Notes under the pieces: model-generated | What the model was told of the DNA's origin: nothing | What the model saw: only the letters and a program-made list of their open reading frames with translations | Databases searched by the model: none | Assembly (NCBI GenBank): GCA_017478185.1 | Contig: JAFVEA010000009.1 | Span: forward strand, 133,264 to 197,263 | Origin: Clostridia bacterium | Lineage (GTDB): Bacteria; Bacillota; Clostridia; Christensenellales; UBA1242 | Length of the DNA stretch: 64,000 nt | Reading direction: 5' to 3' | Shown here: piece by piece, positions 25,719-34,919 of the stretch | Layout of the letters: each line of letters begins with the position of its first letter | How positions within the stretch are numbered: position 1 is the first letter of the stretch | Translations under genes and position numbers: made by a program

Positions 25719-26462
25719 ATGAAAACTTTATTACAAATTGAAAATCTTTGTGTTAAATCAAAAGAAAAACAAATTTTAAAAGGGTTAACCCTAAAAATTG
25801 GCAAAGGCGAAACTCACATAATTATGGGGCCAAATGGGGCAGGAAAATCCACACTTTTAAACGCAATTTTAAACAATCCAGCTTATGAAAAAACAGAAGG
25901 CAAAATTATTTTTGATGGAGCTGACATAACAGACAAAAAAACTGATGAAATTGCCAGAATGGGGGTTTTTATGTCTTTTCAAAATCCACAAGAGATTGAA
26001 GGCATAAGCACTTTTAACTTTATAAAATCAGCAAAGCAAAAAAGAACAAACAATCCAATAAATTATTTTGAATTATCTGAAGAGTTGGAAGAAAATGCCA
26101 CTTATCTTCAAATGAATCAAGGGCTTTTAACAAGAGATTTAAATGTTGGCTTTAGTGGAGGAGAAAAAAAGAAAAATGAAATTTTGCAACTTTTGGAGCT
26201 AAATCCAAAGCTTGCAATTTTGGATGAAACAGACTCAGGCCTTGATGTTGATGCCATAAATATTGTGTCTAAAGGAATAAATGCCTACAAAAATGAAGAC
26301 AACGCAATACTTTTGGTAACTCATTCATCAAAAATGCTTGAAAAATTAAAACCAGATTTTGTGCATATTTTGGTTGATGGGCAAATTGTTGCAACTGGTG
26401 GAACGCAACTTTTGGATGAAGTGCTTAAAAATGGCTATAAAAACTTTAAAAAAGGAGTTTAA
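25719..26462 (+). CDS. sufC: Fe-S cluster assembly ATPase SufC
   Basis: Walker A GPNGAGKST, ABC signature FSGGEKKK, and Walker B LAILDETDSGLD. Confidence 0.95.
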   Translation: MKTLLQIENLCVKSKEKQILKGLTLKIGKGETHIIMGPNGAGKSTLLNAILNNPAYEKTEGKIIFDGADITDKKTDEIARMGVFMSFQNPQEIEGISTFNFIKSAKQKRTNNPINYFELSEELEENATYLQMNQGLLTRDLNVGFSGGEKKKNEILQLLELNPKLAILDETDSGLDVDAINIVSKGINAYKNEDNAILLVTHSSKMLEKLKPDFVHILVDGQIVATGGTQLLDEVLKNGYKNFKKGV

Positions 26463-26464
26463 TT

Positions 26465-27865
26465 ATGGCTAAAACAGAGTTAGATGAATTAAACACAAAC
26501 ATTTATGACTTTAAGAAGAAAGATGATTATGCCTACAAGATGAAAAAAGGGTTAAATGCTAACATTGTTAAAGAAATTTCAAAGCAAAAAAATGAACCAG
26601 AGTGGATGCTTAAACTTAGACTTCAGGCTTTGGAAATATATAACAAACTTTCACTTCCAGATTGGGGCCCAGATTTAAGTGAGCTTGATATGAACAATTT
26701 GGCAACTTATGTTAAACCAAAATCAGAGCAAAAAAGCAGTTGGGAACAAGTTCCAGATGACATAAAAGACACCTTTGAGCGTTTGGGCATTCCAAAAGCA
26801 GAACGAGATTATTTGGCGGGAGTTGGAGCGCAGTATGACAGCGAAGTTGTTTATCACTCCATAAAAGATGAGCTAATAAAGCAAGGAGTTATCTACACCG
26901 ATATCGACACAGCCATAAAAGAATACCCCGAAATGGTGAAAAAATATTTTTCAAAATGTGTTCCACTAGCTGACCACAAATTTATTGCTCTTCACTATGC
27001 TGTTTTTAGTGGTGGAAGTTTTGTGTATGTTCCAAAAGGCAAAAAACTTGAAATGCCACTTCAAAGTTATTATAGGTTAAATTCGCCAGAAAGTGGACAG
27101 TTTGAACACACTCTTATTGTGGTTGATGAAGGGGCAAGCCTTCACTTTATTGAAGGATGCAGCGCTCCAAAATATAGCAAAATAAATTTGCACGCAGGTT
27201 GTGTTGAATTGTTTGTTAAAAAGAATGGATATTTAAGATATTCCACCATAGAAAACTGGTCAAAAAATATGTTAAACCTAAACACAAAAAAAGCCATTAT
27301 TGACAGCGGCGGTGAAGTTGATTGGGTTAGTGGAAGTTTTGGAAGCAAAATTTCAATGCTCTATCCTATGAGCATTCTTAAAGGTGACAACTCAAAAACA
27401 GAGTTCACCGGAATTAGTTTTGCTGGTCACGGGCAAAATCTAGACACTGGCTTTAAGGTTGTTCACATAGGAAAAAACACAAAAAGCGTGATAAATTCGC
27501 GAAGTATTTCAAAAAATGGTGGAATTTCAACATATCGAAGCTTTGTTTATGTTATGAAAAACGCACAAAATGCAAAATGTTCGGTTAGTTGTGACGGGCT
27601 GATGCTTGACAGCAAATCTCGAAGCGACACCATTCCAGTTTCAAACATACAAAATCAAAGTGTTGTTTTCTCTCACGAGGCAACTGTTGGAAAAATAAGT
27701 GAAGAAGCAATCTTTTATTTAATGACAAGGGGATTAAGTGAAGAGGATGCCAAAGCTCTTATTGTTAAGGGATTTTCAAATCCAGTTTCAAAAGAACTTC
27801 CAATGGAATATGCGGTTGAGATGAACCGACTTATAAATCTTGAATTAGAAGGGAGCATAGGTTAA
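26465..27865 (+). CDS. sufB: Fe-S cluster assembly scaffold SufB
   Basis: 466 aa with EPEWMLKLRLQA and HTLIVVDEGASLHFIEGCSAP, in conserved position after sufC. Confidence 0.93.
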   Translation: MAKTELDELNTNIYDFKKKDDYAYKMKKGLNANIVKEISKQKNEPEWMLKLRLQALEIYNKLSLPDWGPDLSELDMNNLATYVKPKSEQKSSWEQVPDDIKDTFERLGIPKAERDYLAGVGAQYDSEVVYHSIKDELIKQGVIYTDIDTAIKEYPEMVKKYFSKCVPLADHKFIALHYAVFSGGSFVYVPKGKKLEMPLQSYYRLNSPESGQFEHTLIVVDEGASLHFIEGCSAPKYSKINLHAGCVELFVKKNGYLRYSTIENWSKNMLNLNTKKAIIDSGGEVDWVSGSFGSKISMLYPMSILKGDNSKTEFTGISFAGHGQNLDTGFKVVHIGKNTKSVINSRSISKNGGISTYRSFVYVMKNAQNAKCSVSCDGLMLDSKSRSDTIPVSNIQNQSVVFSHEATVGKISEEAIFYLMTRGLSEEDAKALIVKGFSNPVSKELPMEYAVEMNRLINLELEGSIG

Positions 27866-28872
27866 TGCAAAAAATAAACAAATCACCAGTTTTAACATCA
27901 AACAATTTTGGAATAAATTATTTTTTTGTGGAAAATGTTTTTGAAAAACTTAAACCTTTTAAAAACTTTAAGATAACAAATTGTGACACACAAGAAAAAG
28001 AGCCAGAAAACATAACTTATCCAATTTGTGAATTTTCAGTTAGACCAAATGTTTGCAAAAAACTTTGTTTAAATGAAAGCACCGCAAAAGTTGAATTTAA
28101 TTTGGACGGTGACAGTGTTTTTAATGAACAAAAAATTGAAGTTAAAAGTGGTTTAAAAACAAAAATTATATTTGATTTTTCAGCACAAAACAGCTTTTTG
28201 TTTAACAAAATTATATTTGATTTAAAAGAAGAAAGTTTTTGTGACGCTGTTTTTGTTATAAACACAAAAAACACAAATAATTTTTTAAATTTTGAAAGTG
28301 TTTTGCAAAAAAATGCTAAATTAAACCTAACTTTTGCCACATTTTCAAACACAAAAAGCATATTTAATGTTTTTTCAAAGAATTTGGGAGAAAACAGTGA
28401 AACAAACTTAAACACTATGTATATAACTCGTGAGGGTGGAAAGATTGATTTAAATTTGTTTGTGCAAAATATAGGAAAAAACACAAAGGCAAACATCAAC
28501 TCAAATGGAGCACTTTTAGATAGCGCTGAAAAATCTTTTAAGGGAACAATAGATTTTTTGAAAGGCGCGCAAAAAAGTTTTGGGGCAGAAAAAGAATATT
28601 GCGTTTTGCTATCATCAGGCGCTATATCAAAATCACTGCCAATGCTACTCTGTGGTGAAGAAGATGTAACGGGCTCACACAGTTCAAGTTCGGGCAAGCT
28701 TGATGAAAATCAATTATTTTATTTGATGTCTAGGGGGCTAAACAAAAAAGAGGCAACCTCACTTCTTCTTAAAGCCAAATTTAATTCTGGGCTTAAACAA
28801 ATTTTTGATGAAGAGTTAAAAAACAAAATATTAGAAAAAATAGATAGGAGCGTGTATGGAAAAAGTTTTTAA
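27865..28872 (+). CDS. sufD: Fe-S cluster assembly protein SufD (short form, 335 aa)
   Basis: The C-terminal SufB/D-type region has CGEEDVTGSHSSSSGKLDENQLFYLMSRGL. The start overlaps the sufB stop (TAATG). Confidence 0.85.
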   Translation: MQKINKSPVLTSNNFGINYFFVENVFEKLKPFKNFKITNCDTQEKEPENITYPICEFSVRPNVCKKLCLNESTAKVEFNLDGDSVFNEQKIEVKSGLKTKIIFDFSAQNSFLFNKIIFDLKEESFCDAVFVINTKNTNNFLNFESVLQKNAKLNLTFATFSNTKSIFNVFSKNLGENSETNLNTMYITREGGKIDLNLFVQNIGKNTKANINSNGALLDSAEKSFKGTIDFLKGAQKSFGAEKEYCVLLSSGAISKSLPMLLCGEEDVTGSHSSSSGKLDENQLFYLMSRGLNKKEATSLLLKAKFNSGLKQIFDEELKNKILEKIDRSVYGKSF

Positions 28873-30076
28873 AGGTGATTTTCCAATTTTAAAGAACAGT
28901 AAGTTTTCTTATTTAGACAGCGGGGCAACATCGCAACACCCAACTTGCGTTTTAAATGATGTTATCTCTTATTATAAAAAAAATAACGCCAACCCACACA
29001 GAGGTTCATATTCACTTAGCGTTAAGGCAACAAAGCTTTATGAAAATGCAAGAGAAGGGGTTAAAAATTTTATAAACGCAAAATCTAGTGCTGAAATAAT
29101 TTTTACAAAAAATGCAACCGAGAGTTTAAATTTGATTGCTTATTCTTATGGGCTTAACAATTTAAAAAAGGGTGATGAAATTGTTTTGTCTATTATGGAA
29201 CACCACAGTATGATTGTTCCATTTCAAATGGTTGCAAAAAAAACTGGTGCAACGCTAAAATATATTTATCTAAATGACGATTTTTGTTTGGATGAACAAG
29301 AAATTGAAAAAAAGATAACAAAAAACACAAAAATTGTTGGAATTTCAACAGTTTCTAATGTTTTGGGAACAAAAAATGATGTTAAAAAAATTGTAAAAAA
29401 AGCACACAGCGTTGGAGCAGTTGTTGTTTGTGACGCCTCACAAAGCATAGCTCATATGCCTTTGGATGTTCAAAATTTGGATGTTGATTTTGCCGTTTTT
29501 TCTGGGCACAAGATGTTTGCTCCGCTTGGCATTGGAGTTTTGTTTGGAAAACAAAGCTTACTTCTAAAAATGCCTCCATTTTTGTTTGGTGGAGATATGA
29601 TTGAATATGTTGATGAACAAAACACCACCTTTGCGCCTCTTCCTCAAAAATTTGAAGCGGGAACGCAAAATGTTGGCGGAGCTGTGGGGCTTTTGAGTGC
29701 AATAAATTATATAAATGAAATTGGCTATAAAGAAATTCAAAAATATGAAAATAATTTAACTGATTATGCCTATAAAAATTTAACAAAACTTAAGTTTTTG
29801 GAAGTTTATGCAACAAAAAACAAAGAAAATCGCTCTTCAGTTTTGTCTTTTAACATAAAAGGAATTCACGCCCACGATGTTTCAAGCATTTTGGATTTAG
29901 AAAATGTTTTTGTGCGTTCGGGCAATCATTGCGCTCAGCCACTTTTAAAGCATATGAAAGTGAGCAGCACAATCAGGGCAAGTTTTTCAATTTATAACAC
30001 AAAACAAGATGTTGACAACCTTGTGTTTGCATTAAATGAAGCCTATAAAAAATTTAAAAAATACATAAAGGATTAA
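28856..30076 (+). CDS. sufS: Cysteine desulfurase SufS (class V aminotransferase)
   Basis: YLDSGATSQ, FSGHKMFAPLGIGVL (PLP Lys) and RSGNHCAQP (catalytic Cys) are present. Confidence 0.93.
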   Translation: MEKVFKGDFPILKNSKFSYLDSGATSQHPTCVLNDVISYYKKNNANPHRGSYSLSVKATKLYENAREGVKNFINAKSSAEIIFTKNATESLNLIAYSYGLNNLKKGDEIVLSIMEHHSMIVPFQMVAKKTGATLKYIYLNDDFCLDEQEIEKKITKNTKIVGISTVSNVLGTKNDVKKIVKKAHSVGAVVVCDASQSIAHMPLDVQNLDVDFAVFSGHKMFAPLGIGVLFGKQSLLLKMPPFLFGGDMIEYVDEQNTTFAPLPQKFEAGTQNVGGAVGLLSAINYINEIGYKEIQKYENNLTDYAYKNLTKLKFLEVYATKNKENRSSVLSFNIKGIHAHDVSSILDLENVFVRSGNHCAQPLLKHMKVSSTIRASFSIYNTKQDVDNLVFALNEAYKKFKKYIKD

Positions 30077-30079
30077 AAA

Positions 30080-30511
30080 ATGGAAATAGACGATATTTAT
30101 TCAGAGCTTGTTATGGAACATAGCCAAAACAGCCCATACAAAAAAGATATAAAAAACCCAACTTGTTCTGTTCATGGCCACAATCCAAACTGTGGCGATG
30201 ACATAACTCTAAGTTTTGTTATTGAAAATGGCATCATAAAAGATGTTTCTTTCACTGGTCAGGGGTGCGCTATTTCTCAAAGCTCCACATCAATTATGAT
30301 TGAAACACTAATTGGCAAAACAATCAAAGAGGCTCAAAAAATAATTGATATTTTTATTGATTTAATAGACCGAAAACAAGTGTCAAAAGAAGATAAAAAA
30401 TTGCTTAAAAACGCACAAATTTTTAAAAATATTTCAAATATGCCGGCACGAGTTAAATGCGCTTTGCTTGCGTGGAAAACCACAAAAAACATACTAAATG
30501 AACAAAATTAA
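30080..30511 (+). CDS. sufU: SUF-system Fe-S assembly protein SufU (NifU/IscU-like)
   Basis: NPNCGDDITL, GQGCAISQSS and ARVKCALLAW are present. Confidence 0.9.
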   Translation: MEIDDIYSELVMEHSQNSPYKKDIKNPTCSVHGHNPNCGDDITLSFVIENGIIKDVSFTGQGCAISQSSTSIMIETLIGKTIKEAQKIIDIFIDLIDRKQVSKEDKKLLKNAQIFKNISNMPARVKCALLAWKTTKNILNEQN

Positions 30512-30521
30512 TAAAAAACAA

Positions 30522-30550
30522 TTGCAAAAAACTTGATTTTGTAATATAAT
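30522..30550 (+). promoter_or_regulatory. Near-consensus sigma-A promoter for the small basic ORF
   Basis: TTGCAA, 17-nt spacer, TATAAT. Confidence 0.5.
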
Positions 30551-30647
30551 AGAAAATGTAGGCAAGCAATAAATGGCTAGATAGAAAAATTTGGTTTAAT
30601 TTTAAACTATGTTTAGTTTTAATAAAAAACATTTATGAGGTAATATT

Positions 30648-30806
30648 ATGAAAGAATCAAAAAGAAAAAGAATTGAAAGATTATGTGATCAACAAGCAGA
30701 AAAAATTGCTCACATTCACGGTAGCAGTCAAGGAGAGTATAGAGAAAAAAGAACTAGATACGGCAATAAATTGGATAGACTTGAAAACAAATTGATTAAC
30801 TCTTAA
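30648..30806 (+). CDS. Small basic protein (52 aa; below the ORF-track cutoff), hypothetical
   Basis: My translation is MKESKRKRIERLCDQQAEKIAHIHGSSQGEYREKRTRYGNKLDRLENKLINS. RBS TGAGGT lies 7 nt upstream. It has its own promoter and terminator. Confidence 0.5.
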   Translation: MKESKRKRIERLCDQQAEKIAHIHGSSQGEYREKRTRYGNKLDRLENKLINS

Positions 30807-30916
30807 TTTTTTTGTATCTTAATAATTTGAAATTAGTTATAAGCGTTTAAATTTTGGCAAAACATTTAAACATAAGTTTATAATAGTTTTTGGTTATTTA
30901 AAAATCGATATAGCAT

Positions 30917-30945
30917 AAAAAACCACCATTTTGGTGGTTTTTTAT
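30917..30945 (+). terminator. Rho-independent terminator
   Basis: aaaaaccacc-atttt-ggtggttttt followed by a T-run. Confidence 0.8.
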
Positions 30946-31095
30946 TCTAAATTTTTTTATTATTTTTTAAAAATTTAACATTTTGACAAAATCTTCAACA
31001 ATTTTTGCTTTTTGCTTGACAACAAACAAGGGGAGTGAGTAAAATAAAAATAAAAGGTAAGAAAAAGCCTTTAAAAATTTAAGGGAGATAAAATT

Positions 31096-32118
31096 ATGAA
31101 AACAAAATCATTGTCAGTTGGCTTTGGGCTTATGTTAACACTTCTTTTGGGTATCACATTTTTGTTTGCAGGATGTTCACCACAAAACAACACAGAAGCT
31201 TTAAGTTTTAACAAACAGCTTGAATTAGCTGCAGAAAATTATTTTAATGGCAGAAATAGTTACACAAATTTTGCAGACACCACATATTCACAAGAGAGTA
31301 ACAATGTGTTCAAAACCAAACAAACACTAACATTCACGCCAACTGGCGGAGAAGAGCAAACATTAGAGTATGAGGAAGAAAACGCTTCAAAAACACAAAC
31401 AAAATTGTATGTTAAAAAAATTGGCGAAGAGCTTGCTTTAAAATTGGAAGTTAAACAAACAAGAACCGAAAAATCTAAATATTTTGATGAAGATGCTCAA
31501 CAAGTTAAAAGTGTTACAGACACAACAGTAACAGAATCAACTTATAGAATGGCTTCAAAAACAGTTGATGAAGTAACAAGCTATTATATTTTGGAAACTG
31601 TTAAAGAAACAGTTAACAAAGAAGACCCAACAACCACAAAAAAATATTATCAATTTGCAGATAAAACTGCTTATCAAAAAGCTATAACAAAATATTTGCT
31701 TAAATCAGATAATGATGATGAACCAATATCAGAAAATGTTGCTTCTTTGTTTAATAGTTTAAATTCCATCGGAACCAGTGGAAGTTTTGAGGGCGTGATA
31801 ACAGAAACCAAACAAGACAAAAACTCTTCAAGTTGCAGTATTAATTTAGACACATTTTCTGTTGATGATAATGAGGTTGTTAAAATAAATGCAAAGTTTG
31901 ACGTAAGCATTAAAAACAATAAGTTAGAAAAAGTTGGTTCTGTCAGCACCCAATCAAACGGTTATTCAACAACAAGCATAAACACAGTTTATTCTATTTC
32001 TGATGGCACAAACACTGAAATTGTTATCTCACTTGAAGGCGCTGATGAAGTGACAACAGATTCTATTTCAGCAAATATGACTGACAATTTCCCAAAAATT
32101 AATTTAAGTATTGGTTAA
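31096..32118 (+). CDS. Lipoprotein, hypothetical (340 aa, Thr/Glu/Lys-rich)
   Basis: Signal peptide with lipobox ...ITFLFAGC|SPQ. RBS AGGGAG. Confidence 0.8.
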   Translation: MKTKSLSVGFGLMLTLLLGITFLFAGCSPQNNTEALSFNKQLELAAENYFNGRNSYTNFADTTYSQESNNVFKTKQTLTFTPTGGEEQTLEYEEENASKTQTKLYVKKIGEELALKLEVKQTRTEKSKYFDEDAQQVKSVTDTTVTESTYRMASKTVDEVTSYYILETVKETVNKEDPTTTKKYYQFADKTAYQKAITKYLLKSDNDDEPISENVASLFNSLNSIGTSGSFEGVITETKQDKNSSSCSINLDTFSVDDNEVVKINAKFDVSIKNNKLEKVGSVSTQSNGYSTTSINTVYSISDGTNTEIVISLEGADEVTTDSISANMTDNFPKINLSIG

Positions 32119-32164
32119 AAATGCGAAAAATTGTTAAAAATATTTAAAAAATAATTGTAAATAA

Positions 32165-32200
32165 AAAAGCATATTCAGTTTTTTGAATATGCTTTTTGTT
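32165..32200 (+). terminator. Rho-independent terminator
   Basis: aaaagcatattc-agtttttt-gaatatgctttt followed by a T-run. Confidence 0.75.
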
Positions 32201-32250
32201 TGGTTATTTTTTATAAATTTGCTTTTTGTTTGGTTATTTTTTATAAATTA
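32191..32250. repeat. Tandem duplication, 2 x 30 bp
   Basis: gctttttgtttggttattttttataaatt occurs twice back to back (29/30 identical). It covers the 3' arm of the terminator and abuts the stop codon of the minus-strand gene. Confidence 0.9.
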
Positions 32251-33030
32251 TTAGTTGTTGTTTGATTGAATTTCTATAGCTAATTCGAGTATTCTTAAAA
32301 TTAATTCCAAAATTTCAAGAATGATATCAACAAAATATTGAATGTTATAAAGTTTAAAAAGTTTTTTCATCATTTCAACTTCTTCTTGTGTTGCTAAACC
32401 ATTTTTTAGCATAATTTCACAAGCTCTTTTTTGCGCTTTTGCTTCAGTTTTTAAAACTTTTATAGAAAGAATAAAAGAAATCAAATAAAGCAAAATTCCA
32501 ATGCCGGCAGCAATTATTGTTACAGTTCCAGTAAATTTAAACACCAACAAATCAATTAAAAAGCCAACAACAAGAATTGGGATAAAAGCGAATGGACCAA
32601 AATAAATAAAAGGCGTGAGAGCGATTCTGTGTTTCATATCTTTGTCGCCTTCTTTATCCAAAACGGCAAGAGCAGATTTTTGAGCTCCAATAGCAAGAGA
32701 GGTTAAGCTGGTTTTGTCTTTTGTAAGCCTTCTAATCCTAACTTTTTTAAAGAAGTGTGAATAACTATTTCCAAACAAAAAAGAGCCAAATGATGATACT
32801 TTTATATCTTTAAGCCCATTATCATCTAGTATTTTTCTTGCAGCCTCACCACCAGTAATATTTTGTGAGTTTGTTTTTCTGTTGAATCTTACATATTTAA
32901 CAGAAAGCCATATTGATATAACAATAGCCACAACAGCAACCAGCACAATTAAACACATAACAATAAAGATGGCCCATTGCAATTCATTTGAAACATTTTT
33001 AAACCCTTCCAAATTATCAAATAAGAACAT
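32251..33030 (-). CDS. YugP-like membrane protein (putative neutral zinc metallopeptidase family) lacking the HExxH motif
   Basis: ITGGEAARKILDDNGLKDIKV matches the family's MTGAEVAR.ILD.NGL block as I recall it. At the position of the family's AAHE.GHAIQ this protein reads GAQKSALAVL. Confidence 0.6.
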   Translation of the reverse strand: MFLFDNLEGFKNVSNELQWAIFIVMCLIVLVAVVAIVISIWLSVKYVRFNRKTNSQNITGGEAARKILDDNGLKDIKVSSFGSFLFGNSYSHFFKKVRIRRLTKDKTSLTSLAIGAQKSALAVLDKEGDKDMKHRIALTPFIYFGPFAFIPILVVGFLIDLLVFKFTGTVTIIAAGIGILLYLISFILSIKVLKTEAKAQKRACEIMLKNGLATQEEVEMMKKLFKLYNIQYFVDIILEILELILRILELAIEIQSNNN

Positions 33031-33142
33031 ACATTTCTCCTTTTATAAAGTTTTTTTCTTAAAAAGATTATATCATTACAAATTGAAAAAATCAATAAAA
33101 TTATACATAAAATAGTATATTTTGAGATTGTAATAAAAATTA

Positions 33143-33170
33143 AAAAAGTGCTTTAAATTAAGCACTTTTT
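33143..33170 (-). terminator. Rho-independent terminator
   Basis: aaaaagtgctt-loop-aagcacttttt with T/A runs on both sides. Confidence 0.75.
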
Positions 33171-33186
33171 TATTCTAAATTATAAC

Positions 33187-34029
33187 TTATTTTTGCTCTT
33201 TGTTTGTTTTTTTGGCTTGTTTTTGCTCTGCTGGTTGAGTTTCTGCTTGCTCTTTTGGAGCAACTTCTTTCTTATACATTTCAGACCCATCTTTTTTGTA
33301 AATGGTTAGTGAAACATTTTTTTGGTCAGACAAGTCTTTTGCCAAAGAAACAGCGTCAGTCTTTTTGTCTAATCTTCTAACAACTCTTGTTTTGCCATCT
33401 CTTCTAACAACCCATTTTTCATTTCGCTCATCATACTTAACAGTTAAGTCACCATAAGGGAGTTCTTCTTTTGTTAATCTTTTTGACTTTTGTCTTGGAA
33501 GCTTTGGGCGAGGCACCTTTTCTTTTGGTGGAGATTTTTTTCTTCCGCCTGGTCTTCTTATGATAGGAACAACTTGTTCTTGTTTTGCCTCGGCTTTTTC
33601 AGTTTTTTCAGTTGTTTGTTTAGGCTCTTTTTGTTCAGCTTTTTGTTCCACCTTGGTTTCAGCTTTAGGCTCAGCCTTTTTTTCTTCAGTTTTTTTCACT
33701 TCAGCTTTTGGCTCTTTTTTTGGCTCAGCTTCTTGAGCTTTTTCAACAACTTTTTTTATAGCTTTTTTGTTTTCGGCTTTTTTGTTTGAGCTTTCTAGAG
33801 CTTGTTTGTTTGAATTTTCTTTTTTAGCCTCATTTGTTTTGCGTGTTACATAAGTTCGTTTTTCAACTTGTGTTTGTGTGATTGTGGTTTTTGTGTTTTT
33901 CTTTTCTTCAGTTTTTCTCTTCTTTTTGTTGTCATCAATATCTTTTGCAATCAAAACAATCAAGATAACAATAATTGCAGCCAAAACAATGCAAAGAAGA
34001 AGTAACCACCAATAATCTGTTAAAAACAT
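33187..34029 (-). CDS. Membrane-anchored protein with a Lys/Glu-rich linker and a C-terminal DUF2188-like domain
   Basis: N-terminal TM (WWLLLLCIVLAAIIVILIVLI), K/E/A/T low complexity, and the C-terminus LTVKYDERNEKWVVRRDGKTRVVRRLDKKTDAVSLAKDLSDQKNVSLTIYKKDGS. Confidence 0.7.
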   Translation of the reverse strand: MFLTDYWWLLLLCIVLAAIIVILIVLIAKDIDDNKKKRKTEEKKNTKTTITQTQVEKRTYVTRKTNEAKKENSNKQALESSNKKAENKKAIKKVVEKAQEAEPKKEPKAEVKKTEEKKAEPKAETKVEQKAEQKEPKQTTEKTEKAEAKQEQVVPIIRRPGGRKKSPPKEKVPRPKLPRQKSKRLTKEELPYGDLTVKYDERNEKWVVRRDGKTRVVRRLDKKTDAVSLAKDLSDQKNVSLTIYKKDGSEMYKKEVAPKEQAETQPAEQKQAKKTNKEQK

Positions 34030-34106
34030 AATTTTCTCCTTTTTGTTTATATTATAATTATATAACTATTTAAGATATTTTTCAAGCGTTGTTTAAAAAT
34101 AAAATT

Positions 34107-34910
34107 TTATTTTGCCATTTTTAATAGCTGTTCATGTTTTTTCCTAACTTCTTGTTCAACTTCGGCTTTTAATCTTGCTTCTTTTTTGATGTTTTCAATT
34201 TCGTCTAATTTTTTGTTGTTTTTATCAGCAGTTAAAATGTCATTTGCCTTGCCGGTGAAAATTGTGAGCAGTGTGTTTTTTAATGAATTGTTTTTGGTTT
34301 CATCTTGGCTTCTGTTCATCCAAATGTTCAAAAGCCCCAAAGCGCTTTCGCCTTTTGCTGTTCGTTCTGCAATTTTTTCACGAGTGAAATAGGTTAGGCC
34401 AGCAGATTTTAAAAAGCTGTCAAGATATTTTCCAATCTCTGTGCTTTTTCCGTTTCCAAGCAAAATCTGATTGAATTGTTCTCCCAAAGTTGAATAAAGT
34501 TTTGATAAATTGCTTTTTGCTGAATTTGTTTCATTATTAAAGCATTCAGCAATTGTTGTTGGAATTTGTTTTGCTTTTGTTGGGAATTTGTTTGAAAGCC
34601 CCTCATTAAGTTTTTTTAAATAATCGCTTGTTTTTCCTATAACATTTTCAGTTACTGGTTCAATATTGTTTAAATAATTTTCATAGTCACTTTTGCCTTC
34701 ATAAATATCCATTGTTTTTCCAGTTAAAAAAGAGATTAGTGGTGATATTGTGTTGTTAAAAGTTAAATTTTTAAGAAATTCAGTTAACTGTTTGTTTTTT
34801 ATTGATGGTATTTTATCATTGCCATATTCTTGTTGAACATAATTATTTATTTCATTTAAAGGGCTTATTAACCCATTAAAAACTTCATTTTCTTCTTTTT
34901 TGTTTTCCAT
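34107..34910 (-). CDS. Hypothetical protein (267 aa)
   Basis: RBS GAGGT. It starts 10 nt downstream of the ychF stop on the same strand. No family recognised. Confidence 0.7.
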   Translation of the reverse strand: MENKKEENEVFNGLISPLNEINNYVQQEYGNDKIPSIKNKQLTEFLKNLTFNNTISPLISFLTGKTMDIYEGKSDYENYLNNIEPVTENVIGKTSDYLKKLNEGLSNKFPTKAKQIPTTIAECFNNETNSAKSNLSKLYSTLGEQFNQILLGNGKSTEIGKYLDSFLKSAGLTYFTREKIAERTAKGESALGLLNIWMNRSQDETKNNSLKNTLLTIFTGKANDILTADKNNKKLDEIENIKKEARLKAEVEQEVRKKHEQLLKMAK

Positions 34911-34919
34911 ATTTTAACC

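Noticed and set aside
28017-28697. 226-aa minus-strand ORF inside sufD. Similar antisense ORFs occur at 11192-11617, 11233-11610, 29382-29786, 36513-36896, 45578-45904 and 3733-4053.
   Set aside because: All lie fully inside well-supported genes on the opposite strand (sufD, rplA, sufS, helD, the U32 peptidase gene, the cvpA-like gene). They have low-complexity or odd composition and no RBS.
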